DNA of 60,332 nucleotides, the filler included, from Jimgerdemannia flammicorona (Eukaryota), in NCBI GenBank assembly GCA_003990765.1. It is 3 parts of 3 records of this genome, joined end to end, with 100 filler letters (N's around TTAATTAATTAA, not from the genome) between each part and the next. Parts side by side here need not be neighbours in the genome. Positions count along the whole stretch, not along the records: positions 1 to 20,049 come from RBNJ01001774.1; 2 more parts are not named here. The stretch is one strand, 5' to 3'. The notes under the pieces are model-generated. The model did not search any database. It worked only from the letters and a program-made list of their open reading frames with translations, and was not told the DNA's origin. This document shows, piece by piece, positions 1 through 12,532 of the stretch (position 1 is the stretch's first letter; each line of letters begins with the position of its first letter). The translations under genes were made by a program, and so were the position numbers.

Positions 1-2480
1 AAAATTGAAAAATATTTTCAAAAAATATTTTAGATTTTTTTTTAACTTTATATTTATTAGTAAATTTTTTTTTTTAAATAAAAATTATATATTATTATTT
101 TTTGCAGGCAAATTTGCCTGCATTATAGTCTAAGGGTTAGTGTCTATAATAGGGCTCTCTAACTTTGGCAAGCTTTCTGGCAAGTATAGTTCTAGCATAG
201 GTGACTGCTTTTCAGGTGTTATCAGGATGGGAGGAGAGATGGCCATTATAGATAAGAGGAAGGGTGATAACAGTGGATCAGTAGAATGTCAGGCTGGGGG
301 CAGTTATTAGGACTGGGGCGAGTATTGCTTTAGTGGGGCCTTTTGATTGGTATAGAGTAGTTAGGTAGTAGGTATTACTCTCAGCTTCTTTTGGTGATAT
401 GTAGATTGGGCTCTGATCATTGGGGGAGTCAGAGGGCCTAAGGCTACCCATTTTAGGTATCTTGGTTATACTTAACTAGAACTAGGAGCTAACATAACAA
501 TATGATCAAGGCTTGCAGACTTGAGTAGTGGAATATTGGAAGTCTCTTTCTGCCTCATATATAAGTTCTTTACTTATATATCTCATCTGAGAGAACCAGG
601 CTCTATCTACTATGATATACTTTGATGAGAATTTTTCTTTATCTATCATCTTCTTTAGAGTGGCAAGAGTTATTCTATTTAGCTCAGACATAGTCTTGTA
701 TATATATTGGAGTCTCAGGTATATACTTTTAGTTATTAGTATATGGCTGAGTTCTCTCTGGTGATAGAAAGAGCATAGTGTGCAGAATGAGATATAGACC
801 AACATAAGCCCTGCTGTACTTGATATATTCAAGCTGCTGGACAATAGCTAGCCTAGGTTAATAAAAGAGCAGTACTTGGTAGATAGTAGGGGAGAGTTTT
901 GGCCTATATAGTCTAGGTTCTCTTCTAATAAAAATTTATAAGACTCTGAGTTCATAAAATAAAATAAATAATAAAAATCAATAAATAATAATAATCTTTT
1001 TAAATAATATATTTTTAAACTATATCTAACTAGTCAAAACTTTAGACTTATTATTAGTATTAGTTATAATGTTTAAAAAGATAAAAGATTTATTCTATAT
1101 TATTTTAAATATATAATTAAATCTATATTTAATATTTTTAAAATTAAATATCTAATTATTATTTATTATTTCTTAGGTTGTTAAGCAGATAAATATGCTT
1201 GCAAAAATTATGATATTTATATATTTTAGCTAATATTTATTTTATTAAAATTAAATTATTATTTTACTTACTATAACAATTATATTTTTTTATTTATAAT
1301 TAGAATATACCAAATTTGAAAATTATTTTTTTATGTTTATTATAATTTTTTTATATAAATTATTTAGTAAAACTTTATTTTACCTTTTTAGAAATTATAA
1401 AAATAATATATATTATTATAGATATTATAGCTGATTATATTTTAGTAGGTAAATTTGCCAGCATCTTTAAATTTGACTTTGTTTTTCTTACAGATCATAA
1501 GATAATAAGTTCTCTTAATACTTCAACAAAAAATTAATATTAATTAAAATATTAGAATTTTTAAAAGATAAATCAATATTATAGATAAAATATTATTTCT
1601 TCAAAAACTTAGTTAGAATATATACTCTCTTATTTTTAATATTATTATCTTTATATTATAAAATTTATATTGTTTAAATTTATAATTATTTAGTTTATAT
1701 AATTATATTTTTTTATTTATATTTTAATTAAGAAAGAATATTTAGATTTTATAATTTATTAATAATATAATTTATATATTTATTTATTAAATATAAAAAG
1801 TTAATTATAAGATATAAATATTATATTATTATTAGTTAATTAAACTTTTATAATTAGGTTTTATATTTAATTAATTATTATTTTAATTTTTTATTAAATA
1901 AAATACCAATATCTAATTAATTATATACTAAAAGTTAGATAAATTAGGCTTTAGATTTAATTAATAGATTTATAAACTATATATTAATTTAATTACTACT
2001 ATATTTAATTATATAGTAAAATTAAATATATATATATGTAATCTACTTTATATATTATAAAATATAAGATCTTTATCAGATATAAGACTTTTTTTTATCA
2101 TTATATTATTGAATATAATCTCTTTACTAAATATAAGACTTATTTTAAATATATCTTAACTTATATATATATATATATATATATATATTACTCTCTTAAA
2201 ATACTCTTATATATTCTTTATATACTTTTATATATTTTTATATATATTTAAAGTTTATATTTTGAGAATAATTTTCTCTTTTTGTTAATTAGTAATAAAA
2301 TATAAATACTTGTTAAATATATTTAATAATATAAAATATATTCTAAAAAAAAAAAAAAAAAAAAATCAAGTATTATTTTTACTAATATATTAATATATTA
2401 ATATATAATTACTTCTTAATAATTACTGTTTAATATATTAGTAGTACTATCTATTTTTATAATCAATCTTTTAGATTGGT
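1..2480. mobile_element. Heavily decayed, extremely AT-rich repeat-derived DNA (family not identifiable)
   Basis: Almost no CpG, TA-rich, ragged ORF remnant at 506-844(-), abrupt switch to CpG-rich DNA near 2680; same texture as identifiable TE remnants elsewhere in the window. Confidence 0.45.
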
Positions 2481-3004
2481 CAATACTTTTAAAATAAATA
2501 TCCCATAATTATGCATTTCACATGATCATAGTCATGAACCAATCTCTCAATATTATGTTCATACTGATAAACAAACATTTCGATATTTCATCCTTAAATG
2601 AATCTCTCAAAAAGCTGTTCATGCTAATAAATGAACTCCCAAGAACATGTTCATACTGATGAACACTTATCTAAAGGACTGTCGCCGGTCGGGGTTTAGG
2701 CACTAGCAGCTCCGCAAGATTTCGTTGAATGCTGCTGGTACATCAGGAATCAGTTCCTCACGAAGGCCGTCTGAATTTTGGCGATGGCTTCCATGAGTCG
2801 CCTATGGTGGGACGCCAACAATCAGCTGAGTTCTATTTTTTATAAAAAGTTGGTCACTTTCATATATGTGCTGTAGAAAATTGAGAATCGAGGAAAAGCA
2901 TCTACTATAGGGAACTTGAATATGAAACTTCCGAATTCGTGAAGCTCTGCACCAATTCCCAGGTGGTTTTATAAAGATAATGTAAATTTTCGGGTCAGCT
3001 CTGA

Positions 3005-3066
3005 AGGGATCTCGACGAAGGGGATCTCGGCGAAGGGGATCATGGTGAAAGGGATCTCGGCGAGAT
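3005..3066. repeat. Short tandem repeat, ~15-bp unit AAGGGGATCTCGGCG, about 4 copies
   Basis: Seen directly in the sequence. Confidence 0.8.
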
Positions 3067-3315
3067 CTGTGAAGACGGCAAGGATGTTGGCGACGTGCTG
3101 CTCTACATGCATAATTACTAACAAAAGCACTCTGGCCATTCGATATCATTCCTAATATATAACTTGGTGCATGGAATGCTGGGGAAATCCTGTTTCTCTT
3201 TGTACTTTCCCTTCTCGTCTTACTAGTCGTTGTGTTCCACCCGCCACAAATAATCCATCCTGTGTGCATACTTGGACACCCGCTTTTCTTTGCGTCTTCT
3301 CACAAACCGAACACC

Positions 3316-4425
3316 ATGTCTTTCGTAGAAAACCCCCTTCCCACCCTGTACGACTTCCTGGGCAAGTTCGGTTTGGACAAGCACTATAATGCGTTCCGCG
3401 AGGCCGGTGCATCAGAGGATGCCATCCAGAAGATGCTTACGTGGCCGCAGAGTGTTCTCGAACAATACCTCGACATGACTAATATCCTTAGACCCTTCGA
3501 GGAAGCCGAGTTCAAGGCCAGCTTGAAGAGGATGCAGCAGCAGGCTGTCGTCACAGTTCCAACTTATTTTGGTGAGTAAGGCCGGTCAAATTTATAGTAT
3601 ATACACCGACGGCAAACAGAGAGCTTGCCACCCAATGAAAAGACATGATCCACACCATCTTACGCGGAACCTTTGTTGCAGGATACTACGACGCGCTGCC
3701 TCAGGTGACATGGATAGACTTCCACGAGTTCCTACGTTGGGCGGCCATTTGCGTGGGATCAGCGGCGCGAGGGTGCAGTCGAATATACCGAATATATTCG
3801 AGACAAACTTCTTGGACCGACCTGCGTTGCCGGACATGTGGTGAGGAACATCCGTGCAGACTCGCGGGGTGACTGACATGATTGTGTTTCGACTTGACAT
3901 CCTGTGTGACGCATGCGGTAAACCTCGCGATTGAGATCAGGAAGAACGAGGTGAGTTGTGCTAACTTTCTGCAATTACATGTAGCCGTGCTCATCAATAC
4001 CATTTATGTAATTACAGGACTTCGGCGCCAGTACAGAAAGACATGTAAACCAGGTGATCGGCGAATTATTCGCTGCAAACGTGGTGTCTTCGTTCAACCC
4101 TGTGGTCATGCTGACGGACCTCGATCGAAACCATATGTTCCTCTGGCTTGGCCGCCCTACGCCACAAGTCAAATCTGCGTCTACCAACTCTAAGCAATCC
4201 CCACAAAGTCCAATCGCCGGCCGTTCTATTGCAATCCACGGCACCAAGCTCGACACCCTCCACAAGGCCGCATCGTTCGCACGCGCCCTGATTGCTCCCA
4301 AACAGTTGACGACATGCGATGTCTCGGCGGAGATCCAGGACTCATTCCCTTTTATTGAAAGATCCAGGCACCCGCATTTGATCCTGATGATGACGATTAC
4401 ATTGCCAGTTTCGATGAGTTTGTAG
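3316..4425 (+). CDS. Multi-exon gene or pseudogene with an N-terminal SAM-like helical domain; 3' structure uncertain
   Basis: ATG 3316: MSFVENPLPTLYDFLGKFGLDKHYNAFREAG...EEAEFKASLKRM fits the SAM pattern (L..FL....L..Y...F...G). GTGAGT donor at 3572, TTGCAG acceptor at 3681, further GTGAG donors near 3841 and 3951; possible frameshift in exon 2. Confidence 0.5.
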
Positions 4426-4935
4426 AGGATGTTGTGACAGTGGAGAGCACTGCGCATGAGGAGGCTCCATTCTGTGCCTCAGGTCTACCGGAATTATTAC
4501 TCTACAACGGTCTAGATGCTGTCAATGCGATAGAATAGTGCGCAGGATGTTTTTTATGATATACTTTGTGTATACCTGTACTCAAATATCAGGTACTCAA
4601 ATGTATGGTACAGATACTGGTTGGAATTTTTGGTTGCTTTTTGTTAACTTAGCATTGTCAGCCGGGATCAGCTCTACATTTTGAGATGTTGAAGGCTCTC
4701 AATGTCATAGATGATACTGGGCATACCAAAAATTGAATCAAATCGGCCAGGCTTTATTTTTATGATGGATAGAAAAGCATACAATTCTCTCTGAATATCT
4801 CCAAAGGAAAAACATACACAAAGTTAGCAAGAATATTATTAATGAGTAAATTTACCAACACTAAATCCCCAAAACAAAATTCGCTACTAAGTCTCATTTA
4901 TCATTTCCAAGAAGACCCTAAATCACCCGACCATA

Positions 4936-6194
4936 TCAAACCGCCCCTCGCGCTGCTTCGTTGGAGGCCGCATATTCGCACTCCTGTTCCTCGTTCTCCT
5001 CGTCTTCAAGTGTCGTGACGCACGAGTCCATAGAACCGGCACTGTAATGCTCGCCTATGGCCGCGAGTGGGAAGCGAGCGATCCGATGAGCTTTGAGGCG
5101 CTGGGAACGGACAGAAGCCGATGAAAGAGCCCGGTCATACCGGTCGTACTGGCGTCCGAGGTTGGCATGCGATCGTCCCTGACGATCGGGGATTTTGGTG
5201 TTGAATAGACTGTCAGCGAGTGTTCGCAGTGACAGTTCGGTTGTAAAGCAAATAGACCAGAAAGGCTCACCAATCGTCGGTGATGTACACTTCGTCTTCT
5301 GAATTGTGCTGGGTATCCTCCTCAGTGACGAGATCGGGATCCTGGGAGTCGTTACGGAGGTCCACGTTCTCGGAGGTTGCGAATTCGCTTTCGCGATTGG
5401 AGCCACCGTGAACCGAGACTGTACATAGGCGAATGAAAAGAAAGGGATTTTTGTAGTAGTGGTTTGAGATCCCTACGTTATTGGCGAAGATAAAATAATC
5501 GCAAACGACTTTCGATTTCTATCTGTCGCAGTTGTGAGCATATATATATATATATATTACCGGCACTCTCATACGGAGAAAAACTCATATGACCAACACT
5601 CCTGTCCGACTTGATGCTTATTTTGTCATGACCGAGTAAAGGGAACGAATCGGCAATCACCTGCCCCTCGACCTCGTCTTTTTCCTTGCACTCCGCGTGC
5701 CCCGAATTGATTAGTATCTCCTTCGATCTCGCCGGCGAGAACTCGGGGGCGAGGGTACTGCCGACATCGACGGGGGTAATGCTCTTGTTTTTCTTGATAT
5801 CTTCATTAAGCAACGGCAATAATTTGCCTTCAACCACTTGCTCCGCGTATCCCGAATCCTTGAGTATGTACTGGAATCCCGAAGTCACGGTTGCTGTAGA
5901 GAATTCGTGGATTCGCGGAGTGGAAGGAGAAGGGATATCCTCGGGAGCGAAGACGTCATCGGTGCTAATGGAGACATGTTCAATGAGGGGCTCGGCCAGT
6001 TCTTCTCCGAAAGGCTGTCGAGTGGTGGGGAGGGGCGAGCTCGGCTGCGCCTTGGCATTTAGGCCGGTTCCGGTGGGAGGAAGCGGGGGAGTTGCGGGTT
6101 GCCGAGGGTTCGCGTGGTGGGCGTGGACGGACTCCATGCAGTGTCGCATGTATTCGTAGAACCAGATGAAGGGTTCGAAAAGAGAGCACGTCAT
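4936..6194 (-). CDS. Hypothetical Pro/Ser-rich, probably disordered protein with introns
   Basis: Long ORFs 5478-6446 and 4936-5406 on the same strand, probable ATG at 6194 (MTCSLFEP), intron-like DNA at ~5420-5560, acidic C-terminus; no recognisable domain. Confidence 0.45.
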
Positions 6195-6947
6195 TGTTTT
6201 GGGCGTTTCTTGCAAGTTGTGTCTTGAACGATTTGACTTGTATGTCAATTCTATGGCTCGTACTTGGGTGGATGAAGAAACATGAATGAAAATGTCCGGC
6301 GGCACATAGGATGGGGTCGATGAATGACCCCGCAGATCAGTCACACACGGAGGCATGTCATGATCAAGATTTGATGGCTCTGGCCGGCCCATCATAATCT
6401 TTGCATATCCACGCCCATAGTGTGATCTATGTGTAGGTCGTGACATTGATGGAATGTATATACCAAGAAAAAATCGTTTCTGCTAGCTTTTCGAACAAAT
6501 TTTGGCCAACCCTAAGATTGGCTACAGCCCAACCACATTCTATATCCTGAACTTATCGCCAAAGAACACTGTGACTGTGCACATACCCTTACCTTATGAA
6601 CTCCTGACTACCTTTCTCGTCATACATACACCATCACCATCGGAAATCACCTCACCAACTACAGAAATCCCGACGCACTACATCTCCATGTAATGCACAA
6701 AATTGGTATCCACCATAAGCGAGCTAACTCTATCAAATAGTTTTCTATTCAGAGTGCAAGAAAATCAAAAAAAAAAAAAAAAAAAAAAAAAAGGCGATCT
6801 TTGTATACAACAATTATGAAGAGGCGTTCATCAACAATATCCCAAAGACATTCGCTGTCTCCCTCGTTTGAATCTACCCTTGTAAAACGGCCATCACTTC
6901 TACCGAAGTTCTCTTCTCCAGAGCTAAGTCACCATCACCGCCAACTT

Positions 6948-8654
6948 TCACTTCTTCTTCTTAGTCTCAACATGGTCGTTGGCCGCGGTCTTGACTGAAC
7001 CTTCAGCCTTGCGGATATATGGCACAAAGCCCAGAGCCCAATGCAGCTCGAAGACCTGGGAATTACCAGCCAGAATCTGCTGGATCCATTCGTTGAAGAC
7101 GATGTAATAGTAGCAGCCGAGGGCTACGGAAGAGGTGGAGGGAGCGATGAGGAGCATCAACAAGGATGCCTCGAAGTGATTGTCTCGCTTGCAACCCCTG
7201 AGAAACAAGGATCGCAGCTCAATGCCAAAACAGCAAAAAGATTACACTCACCCGTCCCGATATGCCACCACCCATGTAGCTCTGACACCGCACCTACGGG
7301 GTAGATCCCGAGGTTCTTCCGCCATCCTCGAAGCGACGAGCAGAAGATATTGTCAATGTTCCAGAGAATGAATGCGCCGAGGAAGCTGGAGGCGGCGGTG
7401 CGGAGAACGAAGACGAGGATCCGGCGGGTCTCCGAGAGGGGCAGGCGGTGGACGAGATAGGTCGAGCGACCGACGATGATGACGACGAGGAGGCCGTAGC
7501 TGACCTGATGGAAGACCGGATCGTGCACAAAGTACACGTACGTCACTGTTACGAAAGCCGCGTAGGCGAAGAGACCCAGGCCTAGCTTGTAGCCATGACG
7601 GATCTGGGCGGAAGTTTCGAAACTGCGAGTGGTGGGGTAGAAGAGAATGAGATTCGGGATTGACGAGATTGTGGCGAGGGAGCAGCGAGGTGATGGGATT
7701 GGGCAGAGCACTTACATGTTCCAGACGAGAAGACAAGAACCGTATATCACTGTTGAGAAAAGATAGTGGAAAGGCGAAAACATAGTTGGGTGCCAAATTC
7801 CAAAATAAATGGCGCGTGTCTATCACGACGCAAATGAAGTATGTCTCGATATCAAAACAACCGTTCCATCCTTACTTGGCAGTTCATCCAGGAGTTGCAT
7901 TTCATAAAGAAGCGTCATGTGGAAGAACCAACTTCAATTACGTCCCATCGCGTCGGGAAGATACCAGCCAAAGGCATTGATGACGAAACAAGAAAGGGAT
8001 GGCGCGTCAGTTTGGGTACTCGAATCTATGTGAGTACTACCAAGGGAAGGGGTTACTCACGATCCGGTCCCAACGAAGGCCATACCTAGGTGGGTGAGAA
8101 TGAACCGCTTCTCGGTGCCATTGTGGAGCACGTTGTAGACGCCGAAGATGCAGAGGGCGACTGTCGAAGGCCAGATGGGGGTTATGAGTGAATGAGAGAA
8201 AGGCACTGCGAGATTTGGTTTCTTTGATCGGCAATAGGTAGATAAGGAGGGCACCCGCCTCTACAAAGCATACCAAACACGAGATTCGTCGTCGTATTAA
8301 TGAATTCGGCAATGTACGGCGAGATTTCATAGTTCTCCTGTGGAATTGGTAGGCATCCAGAAGAGAAAAGGACAAGAATCAGTTATGTATGATGGTGATA
8401 CTTGCGTGTATCGTCTCACCTGAAGAAAGCTCATGCTTAGGCTCGAATCTTCTTCAGGCGTCTCTCAGAAGCATTGAATAATACCCACCTCGCACCAATC
8501 AATCGTTGCCGTGCTGTGCGTTTTGAACGGAATGAGAGGACGAGAGAGGCCTCATCGATTAGCAAAGCTGCCTAGCACTCATTGTTCATGGTGTAAGACC
8601 AAAAGGCAATGCATACGTTCTCCCCCAGAAAGGTGTTTCTTCCAAGCTCGCCAT
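6948..8654 (-). CDS. YPC1: Alkaline (phyto)ceramidase, YPC1/YDC1/ACER3 family, multi-exon
   Basis: Exons splice into MASLEETPFWGRT|TATIDWCE|ENYEISPYIAEFINTTTNL, then GMAFVGTGS|WFFHMTLLYEMQLLDELP, FILWNIDNIFC, ELHGWWHIGT and a C-terminal KKKK (dilysine-type ER signal); canonical GT-AG introns. Confidence 0.93.
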
Positions 8655-9497
8655 CTTGTCTTGTTGAAAGAGGGAAGGGCGACGTCAAATTAAATTTAAA
8701 TGTAGGGATCGACGTCATTTTAGGCAATTGTCGGTCACCGGCCACGTGCATCACCCGTGCCAGAAAAATAATCTATGCCACAGATCATCGGCCGTAAGAG
8801 GATGGACGAGGATGGAATATCTAGACGAAACTGTTAGAGCTTGGGGGTGATTAGTGGCCCTCTTCTTCCAGACAACATTGCGTTGGGGCTGTATCCGAAA
8901 GCATAAGTCCCAGAATAATGCGTGAGCATCACTTGGGTAACTTATGTTTCTGTTCAGCAAGAATTTACCTTATCTATCTGTTAAGAATATATTAAGTTCA
9001 CTATGAGCCAAATTATCAAAACATAATAAATCTTCAATAAATTTATTAAGATAACAATCAAGATATTTATCAAAATATAGTGAGCTTACTAAGTTAATTA
9101 TAACCTTATTTACTAAAATATAGCAAACCTAAGAAGCTTATTAAAATATAGTAAAAATGTTAATAAATTTAAATAAAAAAATACTCACTTATCAATATGA
9201 TCATGTTAATTGAATCAATTAAATTACAAAATCAAATTAGCCAGATTGAAAGCCAAAATCACAGCTGGCCTAAGTGTATCACATTATATCTTCCAGCAAT
9301 TAACATGACACAATTCCTGAGATTATAGGTAACAGAGCGAAGGGTTCTATTCTAATTTTCATTACATATAACGGAAAATATACAGGCATCTGCATTTGTC
9401 TTCTTCGAGCCTGTGTCCGCCAAATTTGCTTACCTTCCGCCCACCACTTCCCATATCTCGTACCACAAAACTCAAACTGTGCCGTGACGCTTTTTTT

Positions 9498-10671
9498 TTA
9501 TGTGGACGGCGACGGTGTGTCCGTTTCGGATATCGGAGGTATGTCGGCCGGGAACGGCGGTGGCACAATATCCTAGAATCAGAGGAAGGTCATGGTCAAT
9601 CCCAGTTATTGGAATGAAACGATAGTAATCCCGATTCAGGACAAATGAAAAACTCGCCCAACCCAAACTAATCGATTCAATCACAAAATGCCCCAGACGA
9701 TACTCACTTTCGGCTTGACATACTCATCATACACGGTCCTCTCCACGAACGGTCGCTTCCCCAACAACGCTACCATATCCTCCCTTGACAGCACCTCCTT
9801 TGATAGCAACAGCTGCGCGACCTTCTCGACCTCGCCTCTCTTATCCGTGAGCAACTGCATGGTCCGCTTATACGCCTCGGTAATCATGCCCCTGACCTCG
9901 ATATCAATCATGCGCCCCGTCTCCTCCGAGTACGGCTTCTGGAAGCTTTGCTCCTCGTTGGGATTATGGTACGAGATGGGCCCGACGTTGGCGTTCATAC
10001 CGTATGTGGCCACCTGGGCGTAGGCCATCTTTGTCACCTTCTGCAAATCGTCCTGTGCGCCAGTGGTGATGGTCCCGAAGAAGATCTGCTCGGACACGCG
10101 GCCCCCGAGCGTCATGCACATGCGGTCGAGCAACTGCTGCGTCGAGTATAGGTACTGGTCCTTGGGGAGGTACTGCGCGTAGCCGAGGGCGCCGATGCCG
10201 CGCGGGATAATGGATACCTTGAGTAAGGGGTCGGCGTGCTCGAGGAACCACCCCGCGACGGCGTGCCCGGCCTCGTGGTAGGCGACGGTTTTCTTCTCCT
10301 CCGGGCTGAGAACGCGCGATTTCTTTTCCAGTCCGGCGATGACGCGTTCGATGGCCTGCTCGAAGTGCTCCTCGGCCACACTGTCGCACTGGTACCGCGC
10401 CGCGATGAGAGCGGCCTCGTTGCAGACATTGTGGATGTCGGCGCCGGAGAAGCCCGGGGTGAGTGCGGCGAGCTTATTGGAGAGACGTTCAATGTTCTCC
10501 TGGGTCTTAATCGGTTTGAGGTGAACCTTGAAGATCTGGGCGCGACCCTTAATATCCGGTCGGTCGATGGCAATGTGACGATCGAAGCGGCCGGGACGCA
10601 TCAGCGCCGGGTCCAAGACGTCCGGCCGGTTGGTGCCGGCCAGGACGACCACGTGCTCGCTGGATCCAAAA

Positions 10672-10703
<32 letters not shown>

Positions 10704-12098
10704 ACTCTCGCGCTCATCGTTGCCACCGAACTGCCCGCCCTTGCCGCGCGCCTTGCCGATCGCGTCGATTTCGTCCACGAAGATGATGCACGGCGCGTTC
10801 TTCTTCGCCGTCGCAAACAGGTCCCGCACACGAGACGGGCCAACGCCTACAAACATCTCGACGAATTCGGAACCGGAGACGCTCAAGAAGGGGACGCCGG
10901 CTTCGCCCGCCGTCGCCTTGGCCAGGAGTGTCTTGCCCGTGCCGGGAGGCCCGGAGAGGATGGCGCCCGTAGGGATCTTTGCGCCGAGCTTCTCGTACGT
11001 GCTAGGGTCCTTGAGGAACTTGACAAACTCCATGATCTCCTCCTTCGCCTCATCCATCCCTGCCACGTCCTTGAACTTGACCTTCACGTCCGTCTCTTGG
11101 TTGAACATCTTCGCCTTGGACTTGCCGATCCCAAAGATCCCTTGCGAAGCACCACCGGCGCCGGCGCGCCTGGTCATGTAGAACACCACTCCCACAAGCA
11201 ACAAGGTCGGCGCGAAATGCAACAGGGTGTTGAACACGCTGATCTCGTCGCTGTAGGCGACGGGGATGCGCTCGGACGGCGGGATACCCAGCTCGCGCTG
11301 CGCTTCCTCTAGTTTCCGCTCAAACGCATCGATCGACCCGATGCTGAAGACATATGTGACAAAGCCGGGCCTCGCAGCGCCGTCGGGCGAGACCGCCGCG
11401 GCCTCCGGCCGCAGGTACACGCGCACCTTGGTCCGGTTCACGACTATCAACTTCTCCACCAGGCCCTTGTCCAGGAACGTGTTGCGGAAGTCCTGCCATG
11501 TGATCTCACGCGTGTTCTCCCCTTGGCTCATCACACGCCACAGGAGCCACGCCCCGAATGCCACGGGAAGGATGGCGTTGTTGCTAATCCGTATTTCCGG
11601 TATGTTCTTGCTGTCGCCGCCGCCGCCGCCGTCGCCGCTTAACGGAGGCCGCGGGATCTTCTCGGCCCCCTTGGCACCGTGCGATTTGGGGTCGATGTTG
11701 CTGCCGTCCTTCTTGGACTGAGCTTTCGCCGATTTGCCGAAGAAGTTCTCAAAGCCCTTTGGGATCTTGGGAGGGTTGGTGGGATCGTCGGGCTTACTTC
11801 CATTGTCCTTTTCGCTTTTTTTGGGTGGCTCCTTGCTCTCTGATGCGTATTGCCGCCGTTGAAAAGTACCAAGTGACGCGGCCCGGTGCTCGGCGCTATG
11901 TGCCACTGGTAGCAGGCTGTTGGTAGGAGTAGACGGGGTTCGTGTGGACGTGAAGGGTGAGCACCACGGGCTTTTGTTGGTGTAGAGGCGGGAAATGTAC
12001 GCTAACCGAGCTCCATATCGTGGCCTCATCAGCACGGAGAGCTGGGCGTTGAGGTTGTGGAGCTGTATCCGGCCTGATCTTGTCAAATGTGTGCTCAT
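9498..12098 (-). CDS. AFG3: Mitochondrial m-AAA protease subunit (AFG3/YTA12, FtsH family)
   Basis: Walker A GPPGTGKT, Walker [29 protein letters not shown], zinc motif HEAGH, two TM segments, presequence-like N-terminus. Intron 9707-9573 joins a final exon [24 protein letters not shown] (9572-9498). Confidence 0.96.
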
Positions 12099-12532
12099 TA
12101 GTGTCTAGGGTCGCAAGGCGGAAGGAAGTATTAGGGCGGATCGTTAGGGTGTCTGCGGGTGTGGAGAAATGGGGGGTCAATGAGGTCAGACTCAAAGGAT
12201 CTGGTGAGTCTCGCTTGGGGGACTCCTGGGGTGACAAAAACTAGAAGGACAGCATACCGTTAGGGGGTTGTTTCCAGAAAGGAAGTAAGGAGGTGGAATG
12301 GAAGGAATGAGTGTGGTCGCGTCGCCGCTTGTTTTTGGGACTGTTGAGCAATATAATGAATCATTGGCCATCTGAGCTGACGCGTTCCCTCGGCTGCGAA
12401 TATTCCTTAGATGTTTGCATTCTAATTACGGCCCGATTCTTTGGAATGGACAATCAAAAATATACACTCGATTTTTATTGATGTATATGTACTAGTATAT
12501 TACAAGAAGGAAAATTCCACGATCAAGCCCAT

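Noticed and set aside
950..2480. Mitochondrial insertion or centromere
   Set aside because: No mitochondrial gene motifs and no testable centromere signal; composition fits terminally decayed TE DNA
8420..8434. Alternative ceramidase first exon MSFLQ with a GTGAG donor
   Set aside because: It would drop the conserved FWG..T.TIDWCE motif, which is present in proper exons at 8654-8617 and ~8512-8488
8681..8748. Two GACGTCA (CRE-like) sites and a CACGTG upstream of the ceramidase
   Set aside because: Short motifs that are plausible but cannot be supported without conservation data
9688..11721. Long antisense and alternate-frame ORFs over AFG3 (e.g. 10236-11312 +)
   Set aside because: Shadow ORFs caused by high GC3 codon bias in a conserved gene
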